Below are positions 10,728 to 20,650 of a DNA stretch of 64,000 nucleotides, in pieces. Origin of the DNA: Candidatus Magasanikbacteria bacterium GW2011_GWC2_37_14 (lineage in GTDB: Bacteria; Patescibacteriota; Patescibacteriia; Magasanikbacterales; UBA922); assembly GCA_000990355.1 (NCBI GenBank), contig LBSX01000008.1, positions 40,316 to 104,315 on the forward strand. The letters run 5' to 3'. The stretch's first letter is position 1, and each line of letters starts with the position of its first letter. The translations under genes and the position numbers were made by a program. The notes beneath the pieces are model-generated. The model ran no database searches. It was given only the letters and a program-made list of their open reading frames with translations, and was not told the DNA's origin.

Positions 10728-10764
10728 CTATACACAACACCTACTACAATTATCAATTAAATAT

Positions 10765-11889
10765 ATGAAATATACTTGTATAAAGGAGAACTTAGAAAAG
10801 GCACTTGATTTGGTAAGTGGTACAGCTGGCAAACAAGTTAATTTGCCAATTCTATTAAATATCTTAATTCAAGCCGAAGAATCAGGAGTAAAGTTAATTA
10901 GTACTAATTTAGAAATGGCTGTAAAGGTACAAGTAAGAGCCAAAGTAGAGAAAACTGGTTCTTTTACGGTGCCAGCCAAAACTTTAACCGACTTTGTTCA
11001 TCTTTTACCCGAAGAACAAGTAGAAATGGAATTAATTGAAAGTGAATTAGTTATTCGTTGTGGGAGTTCTTCTACCAAAATAAAAGGCATGTCTGCCGAT
11101 GAATTTCCAGTAGTGCCAGAAGTAGAAGAAAAACATGGCTATGTCTTAAAAGTAAATGATTTAAAACAAGCAATGTCGCAAACTGTCTTTGCTTGTGCCA
11201 AAAACGAAGTCCGTCCAGAATTAGCTGGGGTTTTTGTAGGCTTGTTTACCGAACGTTTTAAGGGTTTAATTATGGCGACTACCGATTCTTATCGTTTGGC
11301 CGAAAAAAAAGTACCAGTGGAACAAGGTGAAGATGAAATTAAAGTAATTGTGCCTTCTCGGACTGTTCATGAGATTATTAGATTATTAGCTTTGGCCAAA
11401 GAAGAACAAGGAGAAAGTAATGTGCGTTTGTGGATTAGTGAAAATCAAATAGCCATTCGCTATGATAGTTTTGAATTAACTTCTCGGTTAGTGAGTGGAC
11501 GTTATCCAGATTATACCCAGATAATTCCTACCAGTTTCAAAACCACGGCTTTGTTTTCTATTAGTGCTATGACCAAAAAAATCAAAGCCGCTAGTTTATT
11601 TACGACCATGGGAGTAAATGCTGTATCATTTGATCTTAATTCTAGTGAAAATTCTATTGCCATTTCTTCTACTTCTACCCAAACTGGTGAACATGCTTCG
11701 GAAATGGATGTAGAAATTTCTGGAGAAGAAAATTCTATTTTATTAAATCATCGTTATGTATTAGATGGTTTGCAAAATTTGGGCAGTGAAGAAGCAGAAT
11801 TTAAAATGAATGGCGCAGATTCACCCTGTTTATTCAAAGCCAAAGGTAATGAAGATTATTTGTATATTGTAATGCCAATAAGACAATAA
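10765..11889 (+). CDS. dnaN: DNA polymerase III beta sliding clamp
   Basis: 374 aa with the three-domain clamp pattern, sitting downstream of dnaA. Confidence 0.93.
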   Translation: MKYTCIKENLEKALDLVSGTAGKQVNLPILLNILIQAEESGVKLISTNLEMAVKVQVRAKVEKTGSFTVPAKTLTDFVHLLPEEQVEMELIESELVIRCGSSSTKIKGMSADEFPVVPEVEEKHGYVLKVNDLKQAMSQTVFACAKNEVRPELAGVFVGLFTERFKGLIMATTDSYRLAEKKVPVEQGEDEIKVIVPSRTVHEIIRLLALAKEEQGESNVRLWISENQIAIRYDSFELTSRLVSGRYPDYTQIIPTSFKTTALFSISAMTKKIKAASLFTTMGVNAVSFDLNSSENSIAISSTSTQTGEHASEMDVEISGEENSILLNHRYVLDGLQNLGSEEAEFKMNGADSPCLFKAKGNEDYLYIVMPIRQ

Positions 11890-11975
11890 GAGTAACTAGC
11901 CACAAGGGTGTCATTCCTGCGAAGGCAGGAATCTAGAAAATTGAAAAAATAAAATCCCGATTTAATCGGGATTTT

Positions 11976-12200
11976 TTATTCAACTTTGATTATTTTATTT
12001 TTGCTCGTTAAGCCTCTAATTATTTTAATTTTAGTTTTGGGAATTTTCCACTCAGAACTTAAAAATTTTATTAATTCTTCATTGGCCTTGCCATCAATTG
12101 GTGGGGCTTTTAGTTTTATTTTTATGGTACCGTCGCTTAATTCACCAACAATTTCATTTTTACTAGCTCGAGGAGTGATTTTTAGTTTGAAAGTGGTCAT
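11976..12200 (-). CDS. DUF167/YggU family protein (UPF0235)
   Basis: MTTFKLKITPRASKNEIVG...LKAPPIDGKANEELIKFLS matches the YggU family. The ORF-track N-terminus (12201-12284) is repeat-encoded, so the start was moved to Met29. Confidence 0.65.
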   Translation of the reverse strand: MTTFKLKITPRASKNEIVGELSDGTIKIKLKAPPIDGKANEELIKFLSSEWKIPKTKIKIIRGLTSKNKIIKVE

Positions 12201-12204
12201 AAAG

Positions 12205-12295
12205 TGTTTTCCTCCCCTTGGAAAGGGGAGGACAGGAGGGGTTGATTGTATTACTGTCAACCACCCCTCCCCCCTCCTTTCCAAGGAGGGGAAAC
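12205..12295. repeat. Family A GC-rich palindromic repeats (two inverted units)
   Basis: cctccccttggaaaggggagg ... cccctcccccctcctttccaaggagggg. Confidence 0.8.
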
Positions 12296-12303
12296 CAGAT
12301 TTG

Positions 12304-13086
12304 TTATTTAATACCCTTGGTCATTTTAACAATTTCATTGTGGATTAAGCCATTGCTAGCAAGCATGGTATCATCACTCATTTGCCAAGGCTGGCCTTGC
12401 CAGTTGGTTACTTTGCCACCAGCCTCCAAGATTATGCGAATGCCGGCAATCACGTCCCAGGGATGAATATTGGCCATTACGCAGGCTTCGGCATGACCAC
12501 TGGCGACTGCCGAGAGTTCAATCCCAGCACAAGAAAATTGACGAAAATGACCGACATCTTTGGTAAGCAATTTATTTAAAAATTTATGAAAACGGCGACG
12601 GCCAGCAGGGGAATGGCCACGGCAAATTAAAAACATACTGTTTTTTAGTTGACTGATTTTGGAAACTTTAATTTTTTGACCATTGCACCAAGCCCCTTTA
12701 TATATTTGCGCATAGTAAATTTCGTTCATCATTGGCAAACCAATTACTCCCACAGTAATTTCATCTTTGTCTTCCAATCCCAAACAAGTGGCAAATTCTG
12801 GATAGCCATAGGCAAAATTGGTGGTGCCATCTAGTGGGTCTACATGCCAAGTTTTGGTACTGGGGTTGTCAATTTTTTTGGCTTCTTCACTAACAATATC
12901 GTAGGTAGAGAAATTTTTTAAAAGCTGTGTGGTAATATGACGATTGGAAAGTAAATCAATACTAGTAACAATTTCGTCGTCTTTTTTAAATTTTATTTTT
13001 CGTGCTCCTGAACGTTGAAAATGTTTGTGTAATAATTGATTGGTTTCTTTGACAATTTTTGTAGCGATTAATAATTCATTTTTCAT
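12304..13086 (-). CDS. Inositol monophosphatase family protein (SuhB/IMPase-like)
   Basis: WHVDPLDGTTNFAYG and HPWDVIAG metal-binding motifs. Confidence 0.8.
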   Translation of the reverse strand: MKNELLIATKIVKETNQLLHKHFQRSGARKIKFKKDDEIVTSIDLLSNRHITTQLLKNFSTYDIVSEEAKKIDNPSTKTWHVDPLDGTTNFAYGYPEFATCLGLEDKDEITVGVIGLPMMNEIYYAQIYKGAWCNGQKIKVSKISQLKNSMFLICRGHSPAGRRRFHKFLNKLLTKDVGHFRQFSCAGIELSAVASGHAEACVMANIHPWDVIAGIRIILEAGGKVTNWQGQPWQMSDDTMLASNGLIHNEIVKMTKGIK

Positions 13087-13248
13087 AGTGGGATTATTAT
13101 AACAGATTTTGATAAATTAAAAAAACCAGTTTTTTAAGCTGGTTTTTTGGGCTAACCCCTTCGCCCTTTGGGGCACCTCCCCTTCGTAAGGGGAGGTCAG
13201 ACACTGCCCCCTCCTTACGAAGGAGGGGTGGCCGGAGGCCGGGGTGGT

Positions 13249-14580
13249 TTATTCGTGGTCGTGGTGGTGTTCGTGGATAATTCCTTCGGGAATCGGTTCA
13301 CCAAGGGCGGTAGCTTTTAGCCATTGCATTACTTTGCGGTTTTGCAAGGTCATGGAAATAGTATCTTTGACTTCTGGTTTTTTTAAATTTGCCAAATAAT
13401 CTTTGTTGTCTTTGTACATTTCTTCCATAACTTTAATTTCCTTTTGCAATTCTTCGTCGTGAACGTGTATACCTTGTTCGTTGGCCACTTGGCGAGAAAT
13501 AAGAGCCGCTTTGGCGCGTTTTTCGGCTTGGGCAGAAAAATCTTTAAACATTTCTTCTTGGGTTTTCTTTAAGTCTGCTAAATATTGTTCAATGTTAATT
13601 CCGTGTCGTTCTAAATCATGTTTTAATTCGTAAAATATTTTATGACGTTCCGCATCAATCAAAACTTCAGGAATTACTTCAAATTTGGCATCAGTAATTA
13701 ATTTTTCTAAAATTTCAATTTCAACTTGTTGATCGGCTTTTTCTTCGGCTTCGTGCAACAAATTAGCATTAATTAATTCACGTAACTTTGCTAAATCTTC
13801 TTGGCCGATTTTCTTGGCTAGTTCATCAGAAATTTCTGGTAATTGGCGTTCATAAATATCTTTTACTTTTACTTTAATTTGAACATTTTTGCCAGCCAAA
13901 TGTTTTTGATAATGGGTTGGAGGAAAGTCTAGTGAAAATTCCTTTTCTTCGCCTTGACCCAAACCAATAAGCTGGTCATTAAAACCAGGAATATAGTGTG
14001 GTTCGCTCAAATATACTTGATAATCTTTGGCCGCGCCGCCTTCTACGGGCACTTTATCCAAAAACATATCCATATCAATTATTAGTTTGTCTTCGGTGCT
14101 AGATTTTTTATCATTTTTTATTACTTCCACAGCCTGCATTTTGCGAATGGAATCAATTACTTCATCTATGTGCTTGTCTTCTATTTTTTTTACTTTTTTT
14201 TCTACTTTAATATTTTTTATATTTGGTAAAATTACTTTTGGCAAAAGTGAAACAGTTGCTTTGTAAGCAACATCATTACCTGGAGCTAGTTTGTCAATAG
14301 AAATTTTTGGCATGCCAATGGTATCCAATTTCTCACTTGTTACGGCTTCGTAATAACTTGTTTGCACAATATCTTCTAAAGCTTCTTGTAAAATTGCCAT
14401 TTCACCCACTTCTTTTTTCAAAACATCTAGTGGTACTTTGCCAGGACGAAAGCCTTTTATAGAGGCGCGTTCGGCCAATCTTTTTCCAGCAACTTCTAAA
14501 TATTTTTCATAATTTTCTGGAGAGACAGTAATAGTAAGTTCGATTTGTGAATTTTCTAATTTTTTTAGAATGTGTGGCAT
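13249..14580 (-). CDS. tig: Trigger factor
   Basis: N-terminal ribosome-binding domain with the GFRPGKVP motif, a PPIase-like middle domain, and a C-terminal chaperone domain. Has an unusual His-rich tail (HEHHHDHE). Confidence 0.9.
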   Translation of the reverse strand: MPHILKKLENSQIELTITVSPENYEKYLEVAGKRLAERASIKGFRPGKVPLDVLKKEVGEMAILQEALEDIVQTSYYEAVTSEKLDTIGMPKISIDKLAPGNDVAYKATVSLLPKVILPNIKNIKVEKKVKKIEDKHIDEVIDSIRKMQAVEVIKNDKKSSTEDKLIIDMDMFLDKVPVEGGAAKDYQVYLSEPHYIPGFNDQLIGLGQGEEKEFSLDFPPTHYQKHLAGKNVQIKVKVKDIYERQLPEISDELAKKIGQEDLAKLRELINANLLHEAEEKADQQVEIEILEKLITDAKFEVIPEVLIDAERHKIFYELKHDLERHGINIEQYLADLKKTQEEMFKDFSAQAEKRAKAALISRQVANEQGIHVHDEELQKEIKVMEEMYKDNKDYLANLKKPEVKDTISMTLQNRKVMQWLKATALGEPIPEGIIHEHHHDHE

Positions 14581-14684
14581 ATTGTTTAATTTAAGAATAA
14601 GTTCGCTTATTATGAGTGATTTTTAAGATTTTGTCAAGGTCTTGTTTTTAGAAAATAAAGTAATAATGTGGTATAATAAAATAG

Positions 14685-16469
14685 ATGAAAAATAAAAGTT
14701 TTCTAGGTTTTAGTTTAATAGAAGTCATGGTAGGCGTGGCTGTTTTTTCGTTAATCTTTGTGGGTATTTATTCGGGAGTGCAGTTAGTTTTTAAAGTTGT
14801 TTATCAATCACGTTTGCGAATTTTGGAAACTGGAGTATTAAATGAACAAGTAGAAATAATTCGTAATCTTCCTTTTGCTGATGTGGGTATTGTAAATGGT
14901 AGTCCAAGTGGGGTATTGGTGCGTACTGTTACAAGTACGCGCAATAATATTGATTTTTTGGTTACGCGTACAATTCGCAATATTGATGATTCTTTTGATG
15001 GATTAATTGGTGGAGTACCAAATGATACAGCACCAGCGGATTATAAATTAGTAGAAGTAGAAGTAACTTGTCCAAGTTGTGGACAAAGAGAACCAGCAAG
15101 ACTTTCTACTTATATTGCTCCAAAAAATTTAGAAGGTAATTTAAATCACGGAGCTTTGTTTGTAGAAGTCTTTGATTCCGAAGCTGAGCCCGTGCAAGGA
15201 GCTACAGTGCACATTGTGGCCACCTCTACCAATCCTCAATTAGATATGACCGATGTTACTGATAACGAAGGAATGCTCCGAATTGTAGATTTGGCTACAG
15301 GCACTGCTGCTTATGCAATTACTGTAAGCAAGGATGGTTATACTAGTGAACAAACAATGTTGCCAAGTGTTAGTGTGCCTAATCCAGTTAAATTGCCAAT
15401 TTCTGTAGCTGTCCAAATAGTAACAGAAATTAGTTTTTCTATTGATTTGGTTTCTTCATTGCAAATTCAAACTTTAAATAGTGTTTGTAGTGCTCTGGGC
15501 AGTGTGGGTTTAAGTGTTCTTGGCACCAAAGTAATTGGCATTGAACCAGACGTTTTAAAGGTTAATCAAAATATTACTACCAATGGTTCGGGAATTTATA
15601 ACTTAACAAATCTGGAATGGGACAATTATGGTTTAAAGCCTAGTGCTTATGATTTGGTTGGTTCTATTCCAGCCACACCAATAAATTTGTCCGCTGGAGT
15701 AGATCAACCAGTACAATTAATATTGGGGGCCAACACAGCCAATTCACTATTGGTGCAAGTAAAAGACAGTGTAACCGATCAGCCAGTTTCTGGTGCTCAG
15801 GTAAAAATTAGTAAAACTGGTTATGAACAAACAAAAATTACTGGTGTGGGTTATGTTCGTCAAACAGATTGGTCGGGTGGTACTGGTCAATTAAACATGA
15901 GTGACGAATCAAAATATTGGTCTGATGATGGAAAATTAGAAATTAATAGTCCGGCAGGTGATTTAAAACTTAGAGAATTAGGACAGTCCTATGTTTCGAG
16001 TGGTTATCTTGAATCATCTATTTTTGATTTGGGTACATTGGTAAATTTTGTGGATTTAATTTTTGAACCCTTGTCCCAACCAGCAGAAACTGGGGCAGAT
16101 TCTTTACATTTTCAAGTGGCAGTAAGTACTACTTCTACCCCCGTAAGCTGGAATTATCTTGGGCCAGATAATACTTCGGCTACTTATTATAATTCTACAA
16201 ATTATTCTTTAAATAATTTGCCAAACAACCAGCGTTATTTTCGTTATAAAGTATTTTTGCAAACTGTCGATAATAACTATACACCAATTCTTTCTGATTT
16301 AAATATTACTTATATTACTGCCTGCACTCCGCCTGGCCAAACTTATTTTGGTAATTTGTTGGCCGAAACTTATACGGTAGAAGTTAGCGCTAATGGTTAT
16401 CAAACAACTACCCAAACAGTAACTTTGAGTGGAGATGTAATTATGGGTATAGAATTAGCTGCTTCTTAA
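14685..16469 (+). CDS. Large type IV pilin-like protein (prepilin N-terminal cleavage/methylation motif)
   Basis: N-terminus KSFLGFSLIEVMVGVAV (G/FSLIE class III signal). The rest is beta-rich, probably adhesin or carboxypeptidase-regulatory-like. Confidence 0.65.
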   Translation: MKNKSFLGFSLIEVMVGVAVFSLIFVGIYSGVQLVFKVVYQSRLRILETGVLNEQVEIIRNLPFADVGIVNGSPSGVLVRTVTSTRNNIDFLVTRTIRNIDDSFDGLIGGVPNDTAPADYKLVEVEVTCPSCGQREPARLSTYIAPKNLEGNLNHGALFVEVFDSEAEPVQGATVHIVATSTNPQLDMTDVTDNEGMLRIVDLATGTAAYAITVSKDGYTSEQTMLPSVSVPNPVKLPISVAVQIVTEISFSIDLVSSLQIQTLNSVCSALGSVGLSVLGTKVIGIEPDVLKVNQNITTNGSGIYNLTNLEWDNYGLKPSAYDLVGSIPATPINLSAGVDQPVQLILGANTANSLLVQVKDSVTDQPVSGAQVKISKTGYEQTKITGVGYVRQTDWSGGTGQLNMSDESKYWSDDGKLEINSPAGDLKLRELGQSYVSSGYLESSIFDLGTLVNFVDLIFEPLSQPAETGADSLHFQVAVSTTSTPVSWNYLGPDNTSATYYNSTNYSLNNLPNNQRYFRYKVFLQTVDNNYTPILSDLNITYITACTPPGQTYFGNLLAETYTVEVSANGYQTTTQTVTLSGDVIMGIELAAS

Positions 16470-16518
16470 TTTTTATCCCCCTCTTCCCAAGAGAGGGCAG
16501 GGGGAGTTGCCGAAGCTT

Positions 16519-17160
16519 ATGATTAAAATAAAAAATAAAAAAGGCCTTGCCCTGTATCGTTCTGGTTCAGGGTTTACACTTCTAGAATTACTTGTTGCTA
16601 TGGGAATTTTTACTTTAATTTCCGGAGCTGTAACTTATTTAATTACCGATGGTTTGCGTTATAGTCGAATTATTTGGGACCAACTAGAAGGACAAAGTGA
16701 AGTGCGTAAAGTTTTGTCCGAAGTAGTAAATGATGTGCGCCGGGCCGAAACTTCTTCTACCGGCGCTTACCCAATAGAAAGTGCTTCCAAATATAGTTTG
16801 GTTTTTTATGCCAATATAGATGTCGACAGTTTTAGAGAAAAAGTACGTTATTATTTAGAAGGTACAAATTTAAAAAAAGGCGTAACCAAACCGAGTGGCA
16901 GCCCATTGATTTATAATTCGGGCAATGAAAAAATTGTGATTTTGGCACATAATGTCATAAATATTTCTAAAAATCAGCCAGTGTTTAGTTTTTATGCCGA
17001 AAGTTATCAAGGTACTGGTAATGCTTTGAGCGAACCAATCACCACTACAGACGTGCATGTAGTGCGAGTGCAATTAGAAATTGAACGTGATGCCAACAAA
17101 AGTCCAGTGCCAATTCGTGGTGAATCACTTACTCAAATTAGAAATTTAAAAACGAATTGA
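16519..17160 (+). CDS. Type IV pilin / pseudopilin-like protein
   Basis: N-terminus GSGFTLLELLVAMGIF (prepilin peptidase site). Start set to the ATG at 16519. Confidence 0.65.
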   Translation: MIKIKNKKGLALYRSGSGFTLLELLVAMGIFTLISGAVTYLITDGLRYSRIIWDQLEGQSEVRKVLSEVVNDVRRAETSSTGAYPIESASKYSLVFYANIDVDSFREKVRYYLEGTNLKKGVTKPSGSPLIYNSGNEKIVILAHNVINISKNQPVFSFYAESYQGTGNALSEPITTTDVHVVRVQLEIERDANKSPVPIRGESLTQIRNLKTN

Positions 17161-17161
17161 T

Positions 17162-18493
17162 ATGAAACAAAAGCGTGGCAGCATTTTAATGTTTAGTTTG
17201 GTGTTTGGTGCAATTGCCAGCTTAATTTTGATTACCGGTGTGGGTAGTTATGCTTTGTTTGAAAATAAAGCTTCCAATAAAAAATTAGATCGTGATTTAG
17301 CTTTTCATATTGCCGAAGCAGGAATTAATTATTATCGTTGGCATTTGGCGCATAACCAAACCGATTATACCGATGGTACAGGCCAGGCTGGTCCTTATGT
17401 ACATGAGTATAATGACATGAATGGAAATTTAATTGGTTATTTTTCTTTGGCTATTACTCCTCCGCTGGCTGGTAGCACAGTGGTAAAAGTAGAATCAACA
17501 GGTTGGGCTTTGACCTCACCAAATTCTCAACGCACAATTCGGATTCGTATGGGTGCTCCTTCGGTTACCAATTATACCTTTTTGTCTCATGCTGGGTTAT
17601 CTTTTAGTTTTACTACTGTGGTTCATGGGCAAGTACATGCCAATGGTGAAATTCGTTTTGACGCCGAAACTGATTCTTGGGTTAAGAGTGGTATAAGAGT
17701 ACAAGGTGGTGGACATCCAAAATCTTTTTGGGTTTATCCTGTTCCCACCATTGATTTTTACTCTGTAACTTCTGATTTAAAAGCAATCAAAGATTTGTCC
17801 GATGCCGGAGGAATTCATTTAACTTCTTCGGGAAAAGAAGGCTACCAAATAGTTTTTAATGGTAGTTCTTTTGCTTTGTATAAAGTAAATACCAAAGATT
17901 GCTATAATGGTGAAGGTCGTTGGCGCAAACGTTGGGGTGATTGGTATTGGGAAGGCACTACTTATTGTTTTGATGTAGGTACACACAGTTTTGTAAATAA
18001 TTATAATATACCGTCCAATGGAGCAATTTTTGTAGAAGATAATGTGTGGGTAGAGGGTACTGTAGATGGGCGAGTAACAATTGGTGTGGGTAAATTCCCA
18101 GTAAAATCTCCTTATAAAAATATTATTATTAATAATAATTTACGTTATACGGCGCAAGGAGGAGATGATGTAATTGGCTTAATGTCTCAGGGAGATATTG
18201 TAGTGCCTTTTGAAGTGCCAGATAACATGTATATTGACGCAGCTTTGCTTTCGCAATTTGGAAAAAATTACCGGCCATATTATGATGAAAATTTAAAAAC
18301 CAGTTTAACAATCAATGGTTCGCAAATGGCTTATGAGGGTGGTGGTTGGAAATATGTAAATGGTCTTGGCCATGTTATTTCTGGTTTTCATGATACTTAT
18401 CATAATTACGATGGTAATTTGCGTTATTACCCACCACCCGGGTTTCCCGTCGGCACCACTTATGAATTAATTAGTTGGGAAGAAGTGGAGTAG
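17162..18493 (+). CDS. PilX-like minor pilin / pilus assembly protein
   Basis: N-terminal KQKRGSILMFSLVFGAIASLILITGV hydrophobic segment typical of the PilX N-terminus. Translationally coupled to the upstream pilin gene. Confidence 0.5.
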   Translation: MKQKRGSILMFSLVFGAIASLILITGVGSYALFENKASNKKLDRDLAFHIAEAGINYYRWHLAHNQTDYTDGTGQAGPYVHEYNDMNGNLIGYFSLAITPPLAGSTVVKVESTGWALTSPNSQRTIRIRMGAPSVTNYTFLSHAGLSFSFTTVVHGQVHANGEIRFDAETDSWVKSGIRVQGGGHPKSFWVYPVPTIDFYSVTSDLKAIKDLSDAGGIHLTSSGKEGYQIVFNGSSFALYKVNTKDCYNGEGRWRKRWGDWYWEGTTYCFDVGTHSFVNNYNIPSNGAIFVEDNVWVEGTVDGRVTIGVGKFPVKSPYKNIIINNNLRYTAQGGDDVIGLMSQGDIVVPFEVPDNMYIDAALLSQFGKNYRPYYDENLKTSLTINGSQMAYEGGGWKYVNGLGHVISGFHDTYHNYDGNLRYYPPPGFPVGTTYELISWEEVE

Positions 18494-18530
18494 GCAGTTA
18501 ACAGTTACCAGATAGCAGATATCATTGTGT

Positions 18531-18899
18531 ATGAATGATGATGTGTATTTTAAAAAATTAAAGTTAAAAATCCATGCTTTTGTTTTGCTAACCTATAATA
18601 TCACCAATGATTTTCCAAGGTCAGAACTTTATGGAACTGTTTCACAATTAAGGAGGGCGGCTGTTTCCGTGATGTTAAATTTAGTGGAAGGTTTTGGAAG
18701 AAGGAAAGAAAAAGTAAAATTAAATTTCTTTGAAATATCATATGGTTCGGCAAGAGAGTGTAAATATTTAATATTTTTGGCTTTGGAGAAAAAATGGATT
18801 GATAAACAGGCATATGAAAAGATTTTTGTTTTGCTAGATGAAATATCAGCTATGTTATGGAGTATGATTGTTGGTTTGGAAAAAAATATTGAGGAATAA
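18531..18899 (+). CDS. Four-helix-bundle protein (TIGR02436 family, also known as the 23S rRNA intervening-sequence protein)
   Basis: Family signature SQLRRAAVSVMLNLVEGFGRR ... SARECKYLIFLALE. Start set to the ATG at 18531. The gene is bracketed by roughly 30-nt inverted repeats. Confidence 0.75.
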   Translation: MNDDVYFKKLKLKIHAFVLLTYNITNDFPRSELYGTVSQLRRAAVSVMLNLVEGFGRRKEKVKLNFFEISYGSARECKYLIFLALEKKWIDKQAYEKIFVLLDEISAMLWSMIVGLEKNIEE

Positions 18900-18976
18900 T
18901 TTTGCTATTTGCTATCTGTTAATTGTTATCTGAAAAAATTGGTTTTTAAAAAAGATTTCTGTTATAATATAGTCGT

Positions 18977-19837
18977 ATGAAAAATTCGACAGTTGTTCGT
19001 AAAGGAGTAATCGTGGCCGCGGGTTTGGGTACTCGTTTTTTGCCAGCCACCAAAGCCGTACCAAAAGAATTATTACCAGTTTTAGACAAACCAGTTATTC
19101 AGTATTTGGTAGAAGAAATGGCAAATAGTGGTATTACGGAAATTATTTTGGTAATTAACAAACAAAAAACTGCGATTATTGAACATTTTAAACGCGATAA
19201 AAATTTGGAAAATTTATTAAAAAAAGCTAATAAATATTCAGCCATTGAACCGCTGGTAAATTTAATTAAAAAAGTTAAATTTACTTATGTTTACCAAAAT
19301 CAACCTTTGGGTAATGGTCAGGCCTTGCTTTGTGCCAAAAAAGCTGTGGGCAATGTTCCTTTTGCTTTTTCTGATGGTGATTCAATAATTGATAGTGAAG
19401 AACCAGCCATTGGTCAGGTAATTAAAGCTTTTAAAAAAGTAAATAGTTCTATAATCGGCGTACAAAAAATAAAAGATAAACAAGCCATGACCAAGTATGG
19501 GAATGTTTATGTAGAGACGCATAATAATGCGTCTGTACCAAAAGTCTATAAAGTCCAAAAGATTGTGGAAAAACCAAGTGTTGCTGATGTGTCACCCGAG
19601 GGCTTAATTATTGGTGGAATGCGTTACGTGTTTACTTCAGAAATTTGGTCATATTTAGAAAAAACCAAAAAAGGTAAAGGTGGAGAAATTTGGGTGGCCG
19701 ATGCGGCCAATGATTTGGCCAAGCAAGGAAATTTTTTTGCTTATGAATATAAGGGCAAGTATTTTGATACTGGCAACAAAGAAGCCATGTTAAAAACTAC
19801 GGAACATTTTTATTTAAAACATTGTTATGAAAAGTAA
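18977..19837 (+). CDS. galU: UTP--glucose-1-phosphate uridylyltransferase
   Basis: N-terminal AAGLGTRFLPATKAVPKELLPV nucleotidyltransferase motif. Confidence 0.88.
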   Translation: MKNSTVVRKGVIVAAGLGTRFLPATKAVPKELLPVLDKPVIQYLVEEMANSGITEIILVINKQKTAIIEHFKRDKNLENLLKKANKYSAIEPLVNLIKKVKFTYVYQNQPLGNGQALLCAKKAVGNVPFAFSDGDSIIDSEEPAIGQVIKAFKKVNSSIIGVQKIKDKQAMTKYGNVYVETHNNASVPKVYKVQKIVEKPSVADVSPEGLIIGGMRYVFTSEIWSYLEKTKKGKGGEIWVADAANDLAKQGNFFAYEYKGKYFDTGNKEAMLKTTEHFYLKHCYEK

Positions 19838-20543
19838 ATTAATAGTTTTTTTAGCAATTTTGGCTTGGTTTTTACCCAGCAGTGTTTTGGCTAGCACTTT
19901 TTATTGTGCTTGCAAAGATGCCGAAACTGCTTATCGTCCTTGTAAAACTTTAACTGCTACTACTTTGGCTGGTGCAGAATTGGAATGTAAAGGCATGGAA
20001 GGGAATTTAGGTTGTGATGCTACTGGAGTGAGTTACCCAGACGGAGCTACTTGTCAGGAAATTAATGAGGGATATCAGGATTTTATTAATATGGTTGTTG
20101 GGGCAAATTATCCTACGCCCAAAGAATGTAAAAGTGGTGAACAACAACAGACCTGGAAGCAGTGCATTCTTGATGCACTTAAAGAGGCTGGTAAAAGTAC
20201 ATTAAGTGCTATAGATGTAGAAAATTGTACAGGGTTGTCTTGTTATGAAGCGCCAGTAGATAGTCCAGTGGTTGGTTTAGAAGGAAAAATAAAAGATTTA
20301 AATCAAATTGGCACTACTGATGCCAATAAAATGATTGGCCGGATTATTAAAGCTATAATGGGTTTAATGGGTACTGTGTCTTTGATTTTATTTGTTTATG
20401 GTGGAGTGTTGTGGATGACTGCAGCCGGGAATAGTGAACGCGCTGGTGAAGCTAGGAAAATACTTATTTGGACTTCTTTGGGTATGATGGTGATTTTGGG
20501 AAGTTATGGAATAGTAGATTTTATATTCAAAGCTTTCGAATAA
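19827..20543 (+). CDS. Secreted Cys-rich protein with a C-terminal TrbC/VirB2-like (T4SS-type pilin) two-helix hydrophobic domain; paralog 1 of 11
   Basis: Signal peptide, then about 130 aa with 12 Cys, then the conserved domain IGRIIKAIMGLMGTVSLILFVYGGVLWMTAAGNSERAGEARKILIWTSLGMMVILGSYGIVDFI. Confidence 0.6.
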   Translation: MKSKLIVFLAILAWFLPSSVLASTFYCACKDAETAYRPCKTLTATTLAGAELECKGMEGNLGCDATGVSYPDGATCQEINEGYQDFINMVVGANYPTPKECKSGEQQQTWKQCILDALKEAGKSTLSAIDVENCTGLSCYEAPVDSPVVGLEGKIKDLNQIGTTDANKMIGRIIKAIMGLMGTVSLILFVYGGVLWMTAAGNSERAGEARKILIWTSLGMMVILGSYGIVDFIFKAFE

Positions 20544-20650
20544 TAAATTTACAATTTACATTTTCCAATTTACAATAAATTTTCAATTTTACAATTGTAA
20601 ATTGTTAATTTGTTGAAAATTGTGAATTGATAATTGAAAATTAAATTTTT

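Noticed and set aside
11986-12579. Plus-strand ORFs 11986-12348, 12218-12466, 12382-12579
   Set aside because: They are antisense to the yggU-like and suhB-like genes and/or translated from family A repeats (PPPSFPRRG... is repeat-encoded).
20544-20650. Possible ncRNA or riboswitch upstream of the sugar-binding protein
   Set aside because: The region is simply an array of AATTTACAATT repeats with no GC-clamped stems. It is more consistent with protein-binding sites than with a structured RNA.
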